A stretch of DNA of 64,000 bases from Eledone cirrhosa (GCA_964016885.1 OZ024740.1:369768001-369832000); one strand, 5' to 3'. Positions 16,090 to 34,594 are shown, counted from the stretch's first letter. Notes: generated by a model from the letters alone, not told the origin. Translations and numbers: made by a program.

Positions 16090-17170
16090 CCTTGCAAAAT
16101 GTTGCATATCTGCCATGAAGCTCTTTAAAGCTGCCTCCTGACAATGTTCCTCGGTATCACTGCCAGGCCAGATATTTCTGGAAGTTGTCCATAGGCCCCG
16201 GGCTTAAAGTTATCTTGAAGAGAGCGAACAGCTGATCATCTTCGACGCCAGGGTCTCCTTGAGGACGTCGTCGCTCTTCCGCTCCACTAGTCCTCTATAG
16301 AACACTGAGGTCCTTGTTCCACCGATACTAGTGCACAGCTGGTAGAAGGCTATGATCGCTTGCAGACCATGAAGTACGTCCCTTCCATAAAAAGCGGAAG
16401 AGGAGGCGCTCTATTTTTGTCAGAGTTGGGCCGGGGCAAGAAAACTGTTAGCTGGTATCAGAAGACCGATGCGATGAACGCATTCGCCACCTCTGCCCGA
16501 CCTTTCAGGGACAGCTTCCTCTCGGGCCATTTCTGGGTGAGAGAGACCACCCTGCTCGTCACCTCGCTCCAGACCCCGATCAATTTAACCGGTCCTTTCG
16601 TCCAGCGCTCCATGACCTTGTTGGACGGCATGGACTTGACTCTCCAGGTTCCGAGCTGCAAGCCCACCGACTTTTCCTGGTTTAATTTTGCTCCCTTCAC
16701 TGCTTCATATTCCTTGAGAGCCGTGCCGAGCATCTGGACATGTCCCGTGCTTGACACCACCATGGTGACGTACTCGGCGTAAAATAGACCCAAATCTGGC
16801 CGCCTCGATGACCGTAGCCAAGTAACGATGGTCGACCCTATCAAATTCCTTAGATTGATCCAAGTTGATCAGGGTCCACCCGTGCCAGGTTCCTTAACGA
16901 CCCTCTCTGTGATGTATCGCATGAGGTGGAGGTTTTCGTGGATGGATCTGTCCGGAATGGCGCATGTCTGCGCCTCTCCCTCGAGATCACCGATAACATC
17001 TGCCAAGAGGTCGCTAGACAAGTCTGGCATATACGTATAAATCTCGTAGGGCAGACCATCCAACCCCGGCCATTTACCCCTCGTGCAGTCAGATATCGCT
17101 TCCCTTATTGCACCTGCTGTTATCGGTTTTTCTCAATACTGCGCTGCGGTCCTCGAGAGCTGCGGAAATT
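16090..17170 (-). mobile_element. L1/Tx1-like LINE reverse transcriptase fragment, decayed
   Basis: ORFs 16869-17063 (DGLPYE, QTCAIPDRSIHENLHLMRYI) and 16458-16844 (YEAVKGAKLNQEKS, WPERKLSLKGRAEVAN). Confidence 0.8.
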
Positions 17171-17172
17171 CC

Positions 17173-17218
<46 letters not shown>

Positions 17219-17219
17219 T

Positions 17220-20200
17220 CTATCCCCACAGACGACAATATATCTTCCAACAAAGGGTAGGAAGGGAGTTCTGGACAAATGTTGTGACCACATAGCAACT
17301 TTCCCATACCATGAACTACCGCAACCTAAACCCAAACCCAACACGAGTCGAAGGGAATGGGAGATTATCCATGAACTAAAAACCAATATTGACATTATAA
17401 TTAAGGAAGCGGACAAGGAAAGTACTGTCCTCATTATGGATGCTGAACGATAAAAAAATTCTATGTTCTCTCTCTTACAAGATACTAACTACTATGAAAG
17501 AGTAAAACCCTACCAGCAATCAAAAACGATGACCAGATTAAACACATTCAGGAAGAATTAACTAAAAAGGAATGCGATTATTTAACACATTTTTAATACA
17601 AAACCAGCAACCTTTACGGACTTCCGAAGGTCCACAAGTGTAAAACAATTAACGCTGCCTGTAAACAATCCACCTCAACCTGCGTACACACACAATACCC
17701 CCACAGACCTTAAATTAAGACCAATTGTAGCGGGCCCACAATGTGAAACACACAGACTAAGCAACTTTATAGACATACTACTAAAACCAATTCTGAAATA
17801 CATACCAAGCCTTGTAAGAGACGATCTGGACCTCTTAAACCACCTCCCCAAACATGTCAACAACGACACTATTATTGTGTCTTTCGATGTAGGGAATCTC
17901 TACACAACGATCCCACACGAGTACGGACTAGAAGCAATAGGAGTCTGGCTAGAGAAATATCCCAATGAGATAACTGACAGAATAGAAAAAAGCTTCATCA
18001 CCGACGGATTAAAATCTATTTTACAGAACAACTTTTTTTATTCCGATTGCAGTACTTACAAGCAAATATCGGGGACTGAGATGGGTACACTTATGCCAAC
18101 TTAGTCATGGCATACTTGGAAGTCCAGATAAATGAACACTCCAAATCAAAATACGAATTGAACTCCCACAAATATTTATCAGAGAATTGGAAACGCTACA
18201 TGGATGATTGTCTCATTCTTTGGTCTCACACACCAGACCAACTAAATGATTTCAAAAAATTAATTAACGGCATCAATAACCACATCCAGTTCACAGTGAA
18301 ATACAGCCAAGATCAACTCCCATTTCTGGACATCTTAATCATAAAAAAAGTCACAAATATTGAAACTGACATACACTACACACCAACAGATTCCAAACAA
18401 TACCTGATATTCACCTCCAACCATCCAAAGCGCACGAATCGGAACATCCCTTTTAACCTAGCAAGAAGAATGTGCATAATTGTCTCCAATTATGAAACCC
18501 GAAATAAAAGACTTCAAGAATTAAAGGAAATTCTACTCGAAAGACAGTACCCACCATTACTAATAAATAATGGAATAGAAAGGGCTAAAGCAATAGGCAT
18601 TGATGAATTACGAAAACAGGAATACATTCAAGGTACATCCAATATTCTATCATATATCTCAACACACAACCCAAGAAATGCGGAAGCTTACAACACTATT
18701 CACAAGAACATCCCACTATTGAAACAAGACCCAAGAATGAAAAAAGCCCTTGAAACACACAAAATAATAAAAAGCAAAAGACAACCAAAATCACTGAAAA
18801 CATTACTCACCAATGCCAAATTACCTACCACAAACCCACAACCAACTGTCAAAAATGTGGTCGCTCTAATTGTGGAACCTGCACTCACCTCATTGAAGGG
18901 AACACGTATACATTTTAATCAGGACAAAATTCTGCTGTAAATAATCTACTTTATGCCATTAAATGTAAAGGGTGCAATGATGATTGTATAGGACAAACTA
19001 AACTCACGCTCAGAAACAGAATGACAGTTCATCGCCAACAATTACGAGATCCTGCCACAAGACAGATACCACTCAGTGCACATCTAGACATATGCGCAAG
19101 TAATAAGACACCTACATTCCAAGTCTTCCCATTTTATCTTTGCGCTGACAATACAACAGAACAAATAAGAATAAATAAGGAAAATATGTTTATTCAAAAA
19201 TATAGACCAGCATTAAATATACTTTAATATACATTATGTCAAGAAAATAACATGCTAACCATCCAAACAGACACATACATACACACACACATAACACCTT
19301 CTATTTTAGAAAATAAAAACCAGAACTAAATAAACCTTAACATACGTTAATTCTCTAACACCTTAACATGCTAACAAAACACACACACATAACTCCCTCC
19401 CCCATTTCTACTAACGGATTCATTTTCCTACACACACACACACACACACATAAAACCCAAACACACAGACACACACCACTCCCTCCCCCATTTCAACTAA
19501 TAGAATCATCTACCTACACACACACACACGCACACACTCACACACACACACACACACACACACAAGAACACAAATAAACATATATATCTCTACTTTCTTG
19601 ATTTCAATAGAAAATCTGAATTTTGACACCCCAGCACACCAGCCATATTCACTGAACCAGAACAATTCTCCCCATCCCGTTTTTCTTGACCATTAATTTT
19701 TGTTTGGCACAAAATACCTTAAAAGGCTACAAAATAAATTCCCAAATACGGGCGCGAAATTTAATGCATTTGTTCACGTGACACTCATAATTTCATTTAT
19801 AACCAATCAAATTACATTTCAGCACATCAGTCATACTCTCTCCATCCCTTTTTCTTGACCATTATCTTTCTGAGTTCAAATCCCGCCGAGGTTAACTTTG
19901 CCTTTCATCCTTACGGCGTCGATAAAATAAAGTACCATTAATGCACTGGTGAATTGCTGGCCTTGTTCCAAACGTAGAAACAATTATCTTTTGTTTGGAA
20001 CAAAATTCTCTAAGTGGCTACAAAAAAATTCTAAAATACAGGCGCTAAATGTAATGTACCTGTTCGCGCGACAGAAATTTATAACGAATAAAATTACATT
20101 TATAAAAAAAAGAAGCCTGCGTGAGTCACTTTTTTTCAGCAAAAGGAAATTCAAACACAAACTAGCGCGAAAGCTGATGTGCTTATTCACGTGACTGCAT

Positions 20201-20610
20201 CAAGCAACCAAACTTCACTCATATAAGAAAAAACACCCTGAGCCCCCCCCCCCCTTTTTTAAGGCAAATATAATAAGAACTTTGTAACGCGAACTGGCGC
20301 GAAATTTATTATACTTATTCACCAACCAACCCATTACTTCTCTAAAAACCAAGCATTTCGAGCCACGTTTTTCCATATCAAACAGAAGTAACATTCCAAA
20401 ACCAACTAGATGTGAAAAAAACCACACACCCTCCATCTCAATTCTACTTCGGAAAAGCAGAAGAACTGCGAAACCGGTAAAGGAACCAAATAAATATATA
20501 TATTTTTTTTAAAAGACTCCAGTTGCATTTTCTATTTCATCTTTTTTCCTTATACTTTCACTCGTGTAGGACACCTAGTCTTTTTCCTTTCGTCAAAAAA
20601 CCTCACTTAC
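17220..20610 (+). mobile_element. Penelope-like element, Neptune-like, frameshifted RT + GIY-YIG with 3' pLTR
   Basis: IIIKEADK, LYGLPKVHK, LRPIVAG, SFDVGNLYTTIP, QISGTEMGT, RYMDD, LPFLDI, a cysteine-rich linker and YAIKCKGC..IGQT..RMTVH. A SINE is nested at about 19870-19985 and a degenerate HHR lies at the end. Confidence 0.9.
20442..20486 (+). ncRNA. Degenerate minimal hammerhead at the PLE 3' end
   Basis: CGGAAAA-GCAG-AAGAA-CTGC-GAAA-CCGG-TA followed by AATAAA. The core deviates from CTGANGA. Confidence 0.45.
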
Positions 20611-20844
20611 TAATATATATATATATATATAATCAACAACAAAGAACGCCTATAGCATATGCATATCTTTAATTGCTAACATTGTTTCATCCGCACTATA
20701 AGTGGGACTCATCAGAGCATAAAGGTTGATTACATATCACACAAGCAATAACAAATCCAAGACATTGAAGAAATAAAGAATAAAAAATATTGAGGAAGTA
20801 AAAATAAAAATAAACATTGAAAAATAAACATTGAAAAATAAACA

Positions 20845-21846
20845 TTGAAAAAAAACTCGCAGGCTGATTACTATAATGATGCCTTAGCTAGATCCGGCTT
20901 TAGGAACACATTGTATTATACCCAGGGAAATAATAGTCCTAATAGTAGCTCTACCAGTGTTGTTATAACACATAATATGTCCATTGGTAATAGAGGTGTC
21001 GCGAATGGGAGGGTTCTAAATGCCGGTGGAATGAACCAGCAGGGTACCATTAGTCTAAGCAATAGCAATGGTAGGCCTCGCAGCTCCCCGCATAAATTAG
21101 GTGAGCATAGTAACCGTAGAAATAATAATACTAATAATAATAATAGTGATGGAAATAAAAAGAATAAAAAGAATAGAAGAAGATTGAATACATACTTCAA
21201 CCCCCCTTTTAACTCTGAAGTGGCTATAAATATTCCTAGGGCCTTCTTCTCTGTGTTAGAAAGGAACTTCCCTCCTGGTAATAGGTACCACTCTATCCTC
21301 AATAAGAATGTTGTTAAACTTTCGTATTCTACAACCCAAAATCTGGCCTCTTATCTGGCCATTACTAATAATAGGAAAATAAAGGAAGGCCTGGACAACC
21401 TAAGCCTAGGGGAAAACACGGTAGTGGACAGAGGGGGCCGGAACACAAGTGGTGATCGTTCTGAGAATAGCATCACCAGAAATTGTAACTGTAGAAGGGC
21501 TTCAGGCTGCCCCCTGAATGGTTTCTGCCTTATTAGAAACATAGTTTATGCGTGTGATGTGGTAACTACGGCGTCCACTAAAACCTATATAGGATCAACC
21601 TCCACCCCCTTTAAGACCAGGTTTAACTCTCACCAGTGCACTTTTAGACACAATAAACTGAGGAACTCCACCTCCTTGGCAGCGTACGTCCACAATTTAA
21701 AAAATGCACGAACACATTACACACTTACTCGGCGGCAGGTTGCTAAATCCCATCCATATACTCCTCATAATAGAGTATGTAACCTATGCCTTGCCGAATC
21801 CCACTCTATTATATTTGCTAAATGCCCTCTACTAAACAGAAAGTGA
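20845..21846 (+). pseudogene. C-terminal PLE ORF: RT thumb remnant + GIY-YIG endonuclease
   Basis: CNCRRASGCPLNGFCL..IVY..KTYIGST..FKTRFNSH..CNLCLAE..LLNRK; the frame continues EIFSSCPH after an in-frame TGA. Confidence 0.85.
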
Positions 21847-23880
21847 GAAATATTTTCCTCTTGCCCCCACCGAATATTAAGCTCTTTCTTCTACTTTAAA
21901 CCTATTAGCTAGCACTTCCTTAATTCTCCAGTTGGGCTATCTTGTGTAACTGTCTCTTATTGTGTGTAACTGTTTCCTATTGTTTGTCTTCTATGTATAT
22001 GAGTCAGTGAGTGTATACGTATGCCTGTGGAAGAATATTGATCTGGATATTGGGGTGTACAGGTGAGTGGGTGTGTATGTTAATAAGCACCCCTGTTTGC
22101 CACAGCGGATGTAACCCATCCACGCTCGCCTACCCACCATTGGTGCATTGGTGGGTCTATCCCGACTTGTATCTTGCGGATCTGTACCTCTGTATGCGCA
22201 TGAGTTATGATGTAATGTATCTATGTAGAGCGTGTACTGTGATATAGGCTGCACAAATAGAAATCTAGTCTGTAAGTGTGGGCGGACCTGTGCCATCTCG
22301 CCGTAAGCAGTAGATACGTGGCACATGTACGTGTTGCCCTCCTATTCTGTGGTTTAAGATCTACAGGCTGACTTCTGGGAGCTCTTGCCCGGTGTTGTAG
22401 TCTTTCTAGCACGATCGGCCTTCCATATATTGACGGTCGTTGTTATTATCCCAAAAGTAACGTTTTGGCCCCGATAGCCCTCCGTAGTTACTAACGGTCT
22501 GTGTACACTTGAATCGGGCAATGGCACGTGCGGACACGATTATCTTCGTGGGAATTTAATTTGATTTATTTTACTGCATCTCCTCGTATGTATTTATTTT
22601 GAATGTATTATCCGTGGTGGTGGGTCTTGCCTAATGTGGTATTTCTGTGTTTAATATCAGCTTTGACCCGGGTGTCCTACGCTGTGTGTGTGTGCGTGTG
22701 TGTCTGTGTATACATTTATATGTGTATGGGTGTAGGTGGCTGTATATGTCTGTATATAAATATATATATATATGTATACCGTCTCTGCATATGCATGTGG
22801 TGTGTATATGTGCATATACGTGCAGAACATATTGGTGTGTATAATCTTGAGATGTCCCAATGCGGTGACTTCATGATATTGGCTCTTGAAGCTATTTTTT
22901 ATATATCTTTTGTATGCGCTGTTGAGTATGCATATTAACCCGCCTGACCCAGCTGTATTTGCTTGCTTTCGGCTAGCCCGACTGCACCTGTTTGCTTTCG
23001 GCCCACTTGTCTGCCTCTTGCTGCTGCACGTGAATTCTCCTACCTTCCTTCGATGTACCTCTGTTGACCATTGGACTCCTGCCCGGGTGTGAACCGGTTT
23101 GTGATTACCCCACCGCTCAACTGTGTGAATGCACACCCGTGACTTTCGAGTGAACTTTTGAGACTGCCCAACCTGGGACGTCTCCATTGCATTGCAATGG
23201 TCAAGTGATACTGATAACTGTGACACTTAGGGCCTTCGTGGGCCCCTGATATATTCAAGAAAAATATATATCTTATCTCAATTTACTTTATTTTATTTTA
23301 TTTTATTTCATTTCATTTTATTTTATTTTATTTATTTAATTTTATTTAATTTAATTTTATTTAATTATATCTTATATTATATTATTTTATTTTAGTTTAT
23401 TTTATTTTATTTTATTTTATTTTATCTTATTTTATTATTATATTATATTATATTTTATTTTATATAATTTTAATTTTAATTTTATTTTATTTTATTTTAT
23501 TTCATTCCTTACCCTGTAACACTATTATCTGTATATTTTATATGTATGTTTTTTATATTTTCTTATATATATTATATGTCTATTGTTTACCTATTTTTCA
23601 CCTATTTTTTATCTATTCTTACCTACTCCTATCTATCTTATCTATTCTTGTCTGTTCTCTTATCCATGTTTATGCTTGTATGTAACTATATGTTGACAGC
23701 ACCCCGCCCAACTGTGACTGATAGCACCCCTTATTTTTCAATTATTTTTCAATGTTTATTTTACAATGTTTATTTTTATTTTTACTTCCTCAATATTTTT
23801 TATCTTTTATTATTTTTTATTCTTTATTTCTTCAATGTCTTGGATTTGTTATTGCTTGTGTGATATGTAATCAACCTTTA

Positions 23881-23926
23881 TGCTCTGATGAGTCCCACTT
23901 ATAGTGCGGATGAAACAATGTTAGCA
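23881..23926 (+). ncRNA. Minimal type I hammerhead ribozyme (inverted copy at 20674-20719, minus strand)
   Basis: TGCT-CTGATGA-GTCCCACTTATAGTGCGGAT-GAAAC-AAT-GTT-AGCA: stem I TGCT/AGCA, intact core, GUU triplet. Confidence 0.8.
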
Positions 23927-24062
23927 AGTAAAGATATGCATATGCTATAGGCGTTCTTTGTTGTTGATTATATCACGGCTCTGTCCTCAGATATCGAGCT
24001 AACCTTATACTGCCTGTTGGATAAGTGGAGTGTTATACACCCCTGATCCTCTCCCTAATATA

Positions 24063-24237
<175 letters not shown>

Positions 24238-25144
24238 CATATATATATGCCTCTGTATGTATGTGTGTGTGTGGGAGTGTGTAATCACCAGTGTGTAAGT
24301 AAATTTAAATGTATTTACATGTGTACATATCCATTCAGTTATGTAAATATACAATCAACTGTCTATGTATGTATGTATGTATGTATATGTTGACACCCAT
24401 ATGTATTTTGAACGCTTCTTCTATATGTATTCACGTGATTCCTAAATATATGGAAAACATTTTCAGTGAAGCTCTTATCTCATTTCCTTAGTGGATATCT
24501 TCCTTGGAAGATACGAAATCGTTTTGTTTTTATACTTCAAACATGTAGAACCAAAATTGTATACACTTTTTGTTATATTAATATACAAACAAATTTTAGT
24601 GGTATTTATTCTTTATGAACGTGAAACGATTTCTAAACATACGGAATAACATTCTAACATGGAAACAGCAACCAATCTTCTATGTGTGAATAAATGGTTG
24701 GTTATTCTCATTAGTTAAGATCGGGTGATGTATATGTATATTCATATATAGTTATGTGTATATATATGTACACACATGTGCATATTCTCGCTTTCTTATG
24801 ATGTAGCTCCGAGTGTGATAAGAAGAAATAACTTTTGTTTATATATTTATACTTGATATCGTATTTCAGCTTTTCTTTAAATTGTTATATTCTATCGTGT
24901 ATTCTTCTCATATTTCCGTAACAATGCCTTTAGAATGAATAACCCAAGGGGTTTGTTTGATTGTAAATAATAGTTGTCGGAATTTCATATAAATCTACAT
25001 TGTGTATATTGTTATTGTTTTCGTTTAAATCTCAGAAAAGTTCTAATATATTCAGTCATTCTCTTTTAGATTGAAATAGAAAGTCGTTTAATAGAATATA
25101 AAGCTACATATGTACAGTGTATATTCCCCAGTCTTCTATCTATG

Positions 25145-25430
25145 TGGAGGCATGTGACCTAGTGGTAAGGGAGTTGGACTTACGATCATAATGTCGTGGG
25201 TTCGATTCCTGGGTTGCGTGTTGTGTTCTTGACTAAAACACTTCATTTCACGTTACTCCAGTATACTCAGCTGAAAATGAGTACCAGCAATAGCTGGATG
25301 TTCAACCCTGCGATGGACTGGCGTCCTGTCCATGGGGCAGTCTTGTGCTCTCAGTTGCTTCACGCCATGAAACCGGGATAAGCACCGGCCAAATGGGCCT
25401 TCTGGCTTAAGACAGACTTTAGACTTTAGA
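25145..25430 (+). mobile_element. tRNA-derived SINE, family B
   Basis: A box TGACCTAGTGG, B box GGTTCGATTCC, central CCCTGCGATGGACTGGCGTCCTGTCC (V-SINE-like) and a short repeated tail (GACTTTA). Confidence 0.8.
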
Positions 25431-26859
25431 TTGCTATCTACATCATTTATATTGTGATTCAGTATTTTTGTAATACGTAGTTATGTTATATAGCAAATAT
25501 TTTCGGATAAATATATATAAAATACATAAAGTTTGGATAAATAATACATATTTTAAATTGTGATATGAAAGTGGTTTTCCGTATTCGGCGTTAAAGACGC
25601 CTATGTATAGAGTGTACATACAATTCTGTTTCTCTGATTTATTATATTGAGATTATCTAAATGTATGGACAAGTAAAATTGTACTTGTATTTCAGGATCC
25701 ATTATTTCAAAAATGGGATTTTGATGATGCAGTGTAAGCTATAGATTATGATCTGAACTACATGAAACCATACATACCGACTAACACTATATACAGTCAA
25801 TTGCACGTATTTCATTATACTTCATTCAAAACTGAATTATGTCGATGAAGTTCGACAATGAGAACCCACTTGGGACAACTCTGTATGTATTTTCGACCAC
25901 ATAATTCATTTGTGTACTAACATCACATACGGTAGCCGTCAAATGTCAATTTGACAGCATGGTTTCATATTCAGTGTCTAAATAAAACGTACGATGGCCA
26001 AGGCTGTAATCATTTTGATTAGAGATCTGCTATAATCAGGACTGAACTGGAGATTCAACAACAAATCTAGTATTGAGAATTCTTCATCTTTGCATAGACG
26101 GAGTAAAGTATAAATGTCTCTGTCAATACGATCAAAATGTGCCCATATTAATTCAACACATGAATAACGCTCCTTAAGTAATCTGTACTCAAATCAAACA
26201 TTTCTAATTGCATTATATTATTGATCAAGAATTTAATTCACTTGTCTTGCCATGAACTTAGATTCATCTAAACGTTACACAGCCGCACAGGTACTCACAC
26301 ACACAAACACAGACTCATACACACATACACACACACACACACACAGATATATATATATATATATATATCATATATACATACATGGAATGTGTGTGTGTGT
26401 ATGTATGTGTCTATATATGTGTGTCTGTGTCTTTGTCTATACGTGTGTTTGTGTGTATTTGTGTGTGTTTTGCGTGTTTAAATGTCTCTCTGTGTGTGCA
26501 AGTAGGTGAGCGTGTACGTTCGTGAGATATTTCGGCAAATGTGATTATATAACTGATATTAGTATGCTGGTATATTTTTTCCTTGTAGTTTATACTCGAT
26601 CAAGCAGTTATAAGCTAAAAACCTTTCCATATATGACCGAAAAATATAATTCAAACGTAACTCTGCATTGTCGAATGTGTTCTTGCTTACTTTGAGACGA
26701 TAACATGTAATTTGACAAATAATGCATCGGTTATATAATGGACCCTCTGTTGGGTCATGAAATTTGCAATTATTTTACTCGAGTTAAAAAGAATTATTGT
26801 TAGTCTAAGAAACTAAACTGTTAATGTGGAATTGACATGTGTAAACTTACAAAATAATT

Positions 26860-27585
26860 ATTATTTCTACGTTAGGCACAAGGCCAGCAATTACCCAGTA
26901 AAATCCTGATACATGATTAAGCAGTTCGTTTTGAAGCCACGGAAAACTAGCGTAAATCCGCCAGCACAGCGACGTGAGTATTTGCTGCTGAAACTCTGTT
27001 TAGGATATACATTGGGGATGTTGTTGGTGACGGACATGAAAATAAAAATAATAATAATTGTTTCTACTTTTGGCACAAGGCCAGGAATTAACCAGTACAT
27101 TACTGGTACTTTGTTTTATCGACCCCGTAAGGATGAAAGGTAAAGTTAACATCGCCGGGATTTGAAATTAGTACGTAAAGGGACGTAACTCTATGCTGAA
27201 AGCTTGGTGTCTGAGGCTCTACCAATACTGCCAATCCAATAACAATAATAATTGTTTCTACTTTAGGCACAAGTCCAGCACATTTAGGGGAGGAGATAGT
27301 TGATTAAATCGACCAGAGCGCGTGACAGGTACTTTATTATATCGACCACGTAAGGATGAAAGAAAAAGCTAACCACGGCGTGATTAATAATAATAATTGT
27401 TTCCACTTTTGGCACAAGGCCAACAATTACCCACTGCATTACTGGTAATTTATTTTATCGACCTCGTAAGGATGGAAGGCAAAGTTAACCTCGGCGGGAT
27501 TTGAACTCAGAATGGCAAGGGCCGTAACTCTATGCGTCAAAGCATGGCGTGCGACTCTCTACCGATACTGCCAATACACCGTGAT
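26860..27585 (-). mobile_element. Cluster of family A SINE copies and fragments
   Basis: Repeated reverse-complement ACTGGTACTTTATTTTATCGACCCCGTAAGGATGAAAGGCAAAG segments. Further copies at about 13345-13460, 48655-49075, 50805-50985, 51075-51243 and 61527-61707. Confidence 0.85.
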
Positions 27586-27929
27586 TAATAATAATTATAG
27601 AATCCATGGATTATAGAATCCATGGATTTGAACTTGGAGTGTTCCATTTCAAGAAGCAATACTGCAAAATTTGTTGTTGTTTTTTCGTAGAAGATAAGTA
27701 TTGTTGCTGACGTGTCATTCTCCCCTCTCCACAACACTGATATTGTCCTATGGAAAAACCAAATGCAGATATATCTTAGCACCATTGTCATCGCAAATAT
27801 CTGTTCACAGTAGTGTAGACTGGAGCAACTTGCACCAGATCCAGGAATCGAGCTCAAGACCGCATACATGCATACATACATACATACATACATACATACA
27901 TACATACATACATACATACATACATACAA

Positions 27930-28556
27930 GAAAAATCCCCTTGAGCAGCCATATTGCGAACTGCGCAGGAAGGACACTACCCAACTTTAAAATCTTCCCC
28001 TTCTACAAGTGCTCAGATTCGTTCACACAGCAACAAAGAATAAACAAAGAAAATCTATTCCTTAACAAATTTAAACCAAAACTAAACGGGTTATCACCCC
28101 AATAGAATTGTCATAAAATATAAACACACATACGCACGGAATGACAGATATGTGTGTGTATGTGTGCATGTATATAATTATCACTACTATTAAAGACCAG
28201 AGACTAGTTCTGTAGAATCAGGTTTATTCGTTGACAGACCATGCCTTTGTGTGACCAAACAGCCATTTTAAACCCTGCACGTGCACACACATATATCTAT
28301 ATATATATGCGCACACAGAATTCACCACTGTCGATTGCGGGGCCCAATCTACATGAAGAACTCAATGTGATCACAATGACTTGTATTTTAATTTCACTGT
28401 TCTAACTTCTTATATTATGCAAAAAATATATGTGTATGTATGTATATATAGAGATTTGGAGGCCATTTCTCTATGTGTGTGGGTGTATGTGTGTGTATGT
28501 ATGTGTGTGTGTGTGTGTGTGTGAATGTGTGTATGTATATGTATGTATGTGTGCAT

Positions 28557-28602
<46 letters not shown>

Positions 28603-29150
28603 ATGTATATGTATGTCTGTGTGGATGAGGGTATGTGTATATATAGGTGTAAGTGCACTAAATCCCTTTCTATCACTCTCCCCTCTCCTACCGACCACAT
28701 GGAGATATATGTATGCATATTACTTCCACCCCCTAACTGACCAGCAGCTGGCCATCTGGCCATTGCTAAATCTGACCTTTTAAAAAAAACCACTCCCCAC
28801 AAATATTTCCTCATTCACTACCAGAAAGGGACACACAGCAGTCAACTTGCTGCTACCAAGATGAAACACTACTATGAAATCCCACACTGAATTTTATACT
28901 TGAATTTTCAAATCTTAAATTTTAACTCTTCATATTATTAATTTTTCTTAATATTAATCAACATTTGAAAAGATGGCTTTTGCAGACCCATCGAAACCGA
29001 TCATTTTTTATACCCTTTATTCTTTCCTTACCTTATAAAATTATATGTTTTGTCACAAAAAAGTATTCTGTCTCTTATATATTCCATGTGCCATTACCAA
29101 CCTCAATTTTCTCTGTAACCTTCGTTTTGTGTAGAAACTTACACTTTTCA
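27930..29150 (+). mobile_element. Neptune-like PLE 3' fragment (end of GIY-YIG + pLTR)
   Basis: IPLSSHIANCA..FKIFPFYKC..RINKENLFLNKFKPKLN is homologous to ORF 19021-19227; an HHR variant follows. Confidence 0.8.
28961..29006 (+). ncRNA. Minimal hammerhead variant with U3/A8 core
   Basis: TTGAAAA-GATGG-loop-CCATC-GAAA-CCGA-TC. The C3U and G8A changes keep the 3-8 pair; stems I and III are imperfect. Confidence 0.55.
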
Positions 29151-29166
29151 TATTTATATATATACA

Positions 29167-32380
<3,214 letters not shown>

Positions 32381-34024
32381 AACAGAAGATGCGAGGGTGT
32401 GCGGCTGTGTTTGGGATAGCTTCCTTATATCATGTAAATTACCAGCTCAACAGACTGTTTAATATATGTCATGGAGTTGGTGTCACTTTTGCAGAGATGA
32501 AATATCCAAATATTTATAGACTGTGCTCTTAAATTGGTTCCCTAAAATAACCAAAACCATATTCGTTTAATTTCACAAATGTTCACTCAATTTGTCATCA
32601 TTTTCCTGAACTGAGTTCGTTATGACAAGTACAATTTAGGAAATTGTTTCTAAAATTATAACTGAGATTCAAATAAAAAGAGTTTTATAGCGAATTTTAA
32701 AATATAAATTGAGCAAAAATGACCATAATCGATTATATCTAATTTAACATAATGTATTTTTATATATAGCAAATTTACTTCTATACAATCTAAACTGTAA
32801 CGTGCAGCGTTAATCAGATATATTATATGATGTGATTTAGGCAGTGATCTTTAACTATAGATAGGAATATTCTTATTCACGGTACATATAATATCATTTT
32901 TATAATAAGTGTTTTAAAATGAAATATCAAATAGTGTGATTTTCTTTAATCTGCCTTTTGTAAATTTTGGCCATGGAAATCTCATGCTGCATGGTCTAAG
33001 CCATTTTCATATTTTCTATTTCATTAATGTAAATAAACTTTTGAAATCTGCTTCCTTTCCTACATAATTTATAATTTCACGCATGGAAGCGAAATGTACC
33101 TTTGTTATTGAGTAAAATAAACAAACAAAGCCTTATAAGAAACTATATTTAAATGGTTTTAACTATACGTTCGGCTCTTTATCTTGTATTTTGTATTTAT
33201 TTATCTTCATTTCTCGAAATAAATGTATAATACTAAAACGTGATTGCCAATAGCTACTTATGATGTGCACCTATCACAATATAAAGTCTTATGCAAGAAC
33301 TCTATTCAATACATTTCTAAATATATTTTAGTTTTTTAGTATTTTTTTCTGCAACATCAATTACACACTATGACATGTTGCCTCCTTTAGTAGTTCTGCT
33401 CTGAGTAATTCCCCTCCACCTACCAGAAAGAAAAATTACTCCTTTAATTTATCAATATCTCCATCATTTTTAAGAGGCGTTAAGCATTGTGATTTCCTAA
33501 ACATTAAATCATACTATACAAGTTTAAAATTTAGCCTCTGTTGACCTAAGATCTGATGTATGATAATGCATTGAAACTTGTTAATACTTATATGGAAATG
33601 TTTCAAGTACTTACTTTCATGTGCTTTATTTCCAAAAGCTATTTCATATTTATCGTGATCTATCATGAATGAAATCGAATGTCAACTGGTTTCCTTATCA
33701 TACATTCTAATATTATGTATTTCACGTTTGCTAATGTTTTAACTTAATATGAACTTTACTCGCATCTTAATATTTGGTACATAAGACAATATTATAAAAT
33801 AATAATCATCTACTTCGAGCAGTTTCATTTAATATGACATTTTATATTAAAATACATATAATATATAATCTTCATTGCAATAATTATTATAACTGTTTGT
33901 AGATGATGTAAATGTGAAATATTCACACTATAATAAATATATTTGTATGAAATAAATGTTTAATGCGTTATGTCCTTTTATATATAAAACTGAATCAGCT
34001 GCCAATATATGTTGTAATACAAAG

Positions 34025-34275
34025 GTCAGGCATGGTCGCAGCTGTCATTAAGATGAATCACCTTCAGAATGTTGTTAGAGGCATATGTATCTGTGGAATG
34101 TTCGGCCACTTCTACGCCGATTAAAGTAACTGGTTGTTCCGTTGATAAAACTACTGGAAAACACATCGACTGAACTGATGAGGTCCAGCAAAACATCTTT
34201 GTAACCACATGCAATGAAAATAACCGATAATTAATATCCATTACATATAAACTTTAGATAGCGTCTCCATGTTAG
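34025..34275. repeat. Dispersed repeat fragment (second copy at about 48413-48635)
   Basis: Shared GAATGTTCGGCCACTTCTACG...CATCGACTGAACTGATGAGGTCCAGC...GAAAATAACCGATAATTAATATCC. Confidence 0.8.
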
Positions 34276-34594
34276 AATGTTAGCCTAAATAGCTTGTGCA
34301 GGAAGGGTTTATTGAAAAGCAAATCTTATGCTTTTCTGTTATAATGAGTTTGTATAATAATAGCAAATATCTTTGATCAAAGATTGCATAGATATTTATG
34401 ATCATCCAAAATAAGCATTTCTCATCTTCTATAATTCATCCGCACCAATAAAAGGATATAACAAAACTAATATCGTACATACATGATGACCCTGTGAGAA
34501 GCAGGTGAAACACCAGAGTAAAAAGACTCGCAGTTAAGCATCAATATACACACACACAAATACACACAGACACAGACGCACACACACATATATG

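Noticed and set aside
21844-21846. In-frame TGA in a Naiad-like endonuclease as possible selenocysteine
   Set aside because: It does not fall at a conserved cysteine position and I could not identify a SECIS; more likely a nonsense mutation in a truncated copy.
25145-25215. Possible tRNA gene
   Set aside because: A and B boxes are present but it continues into a SINE body, with no full cloverleaf or terminator.
34170-34220. CTGATGAGG...GAAA in the dispersed repeat (also near 48540)
   Set aside because: No supporting helices.
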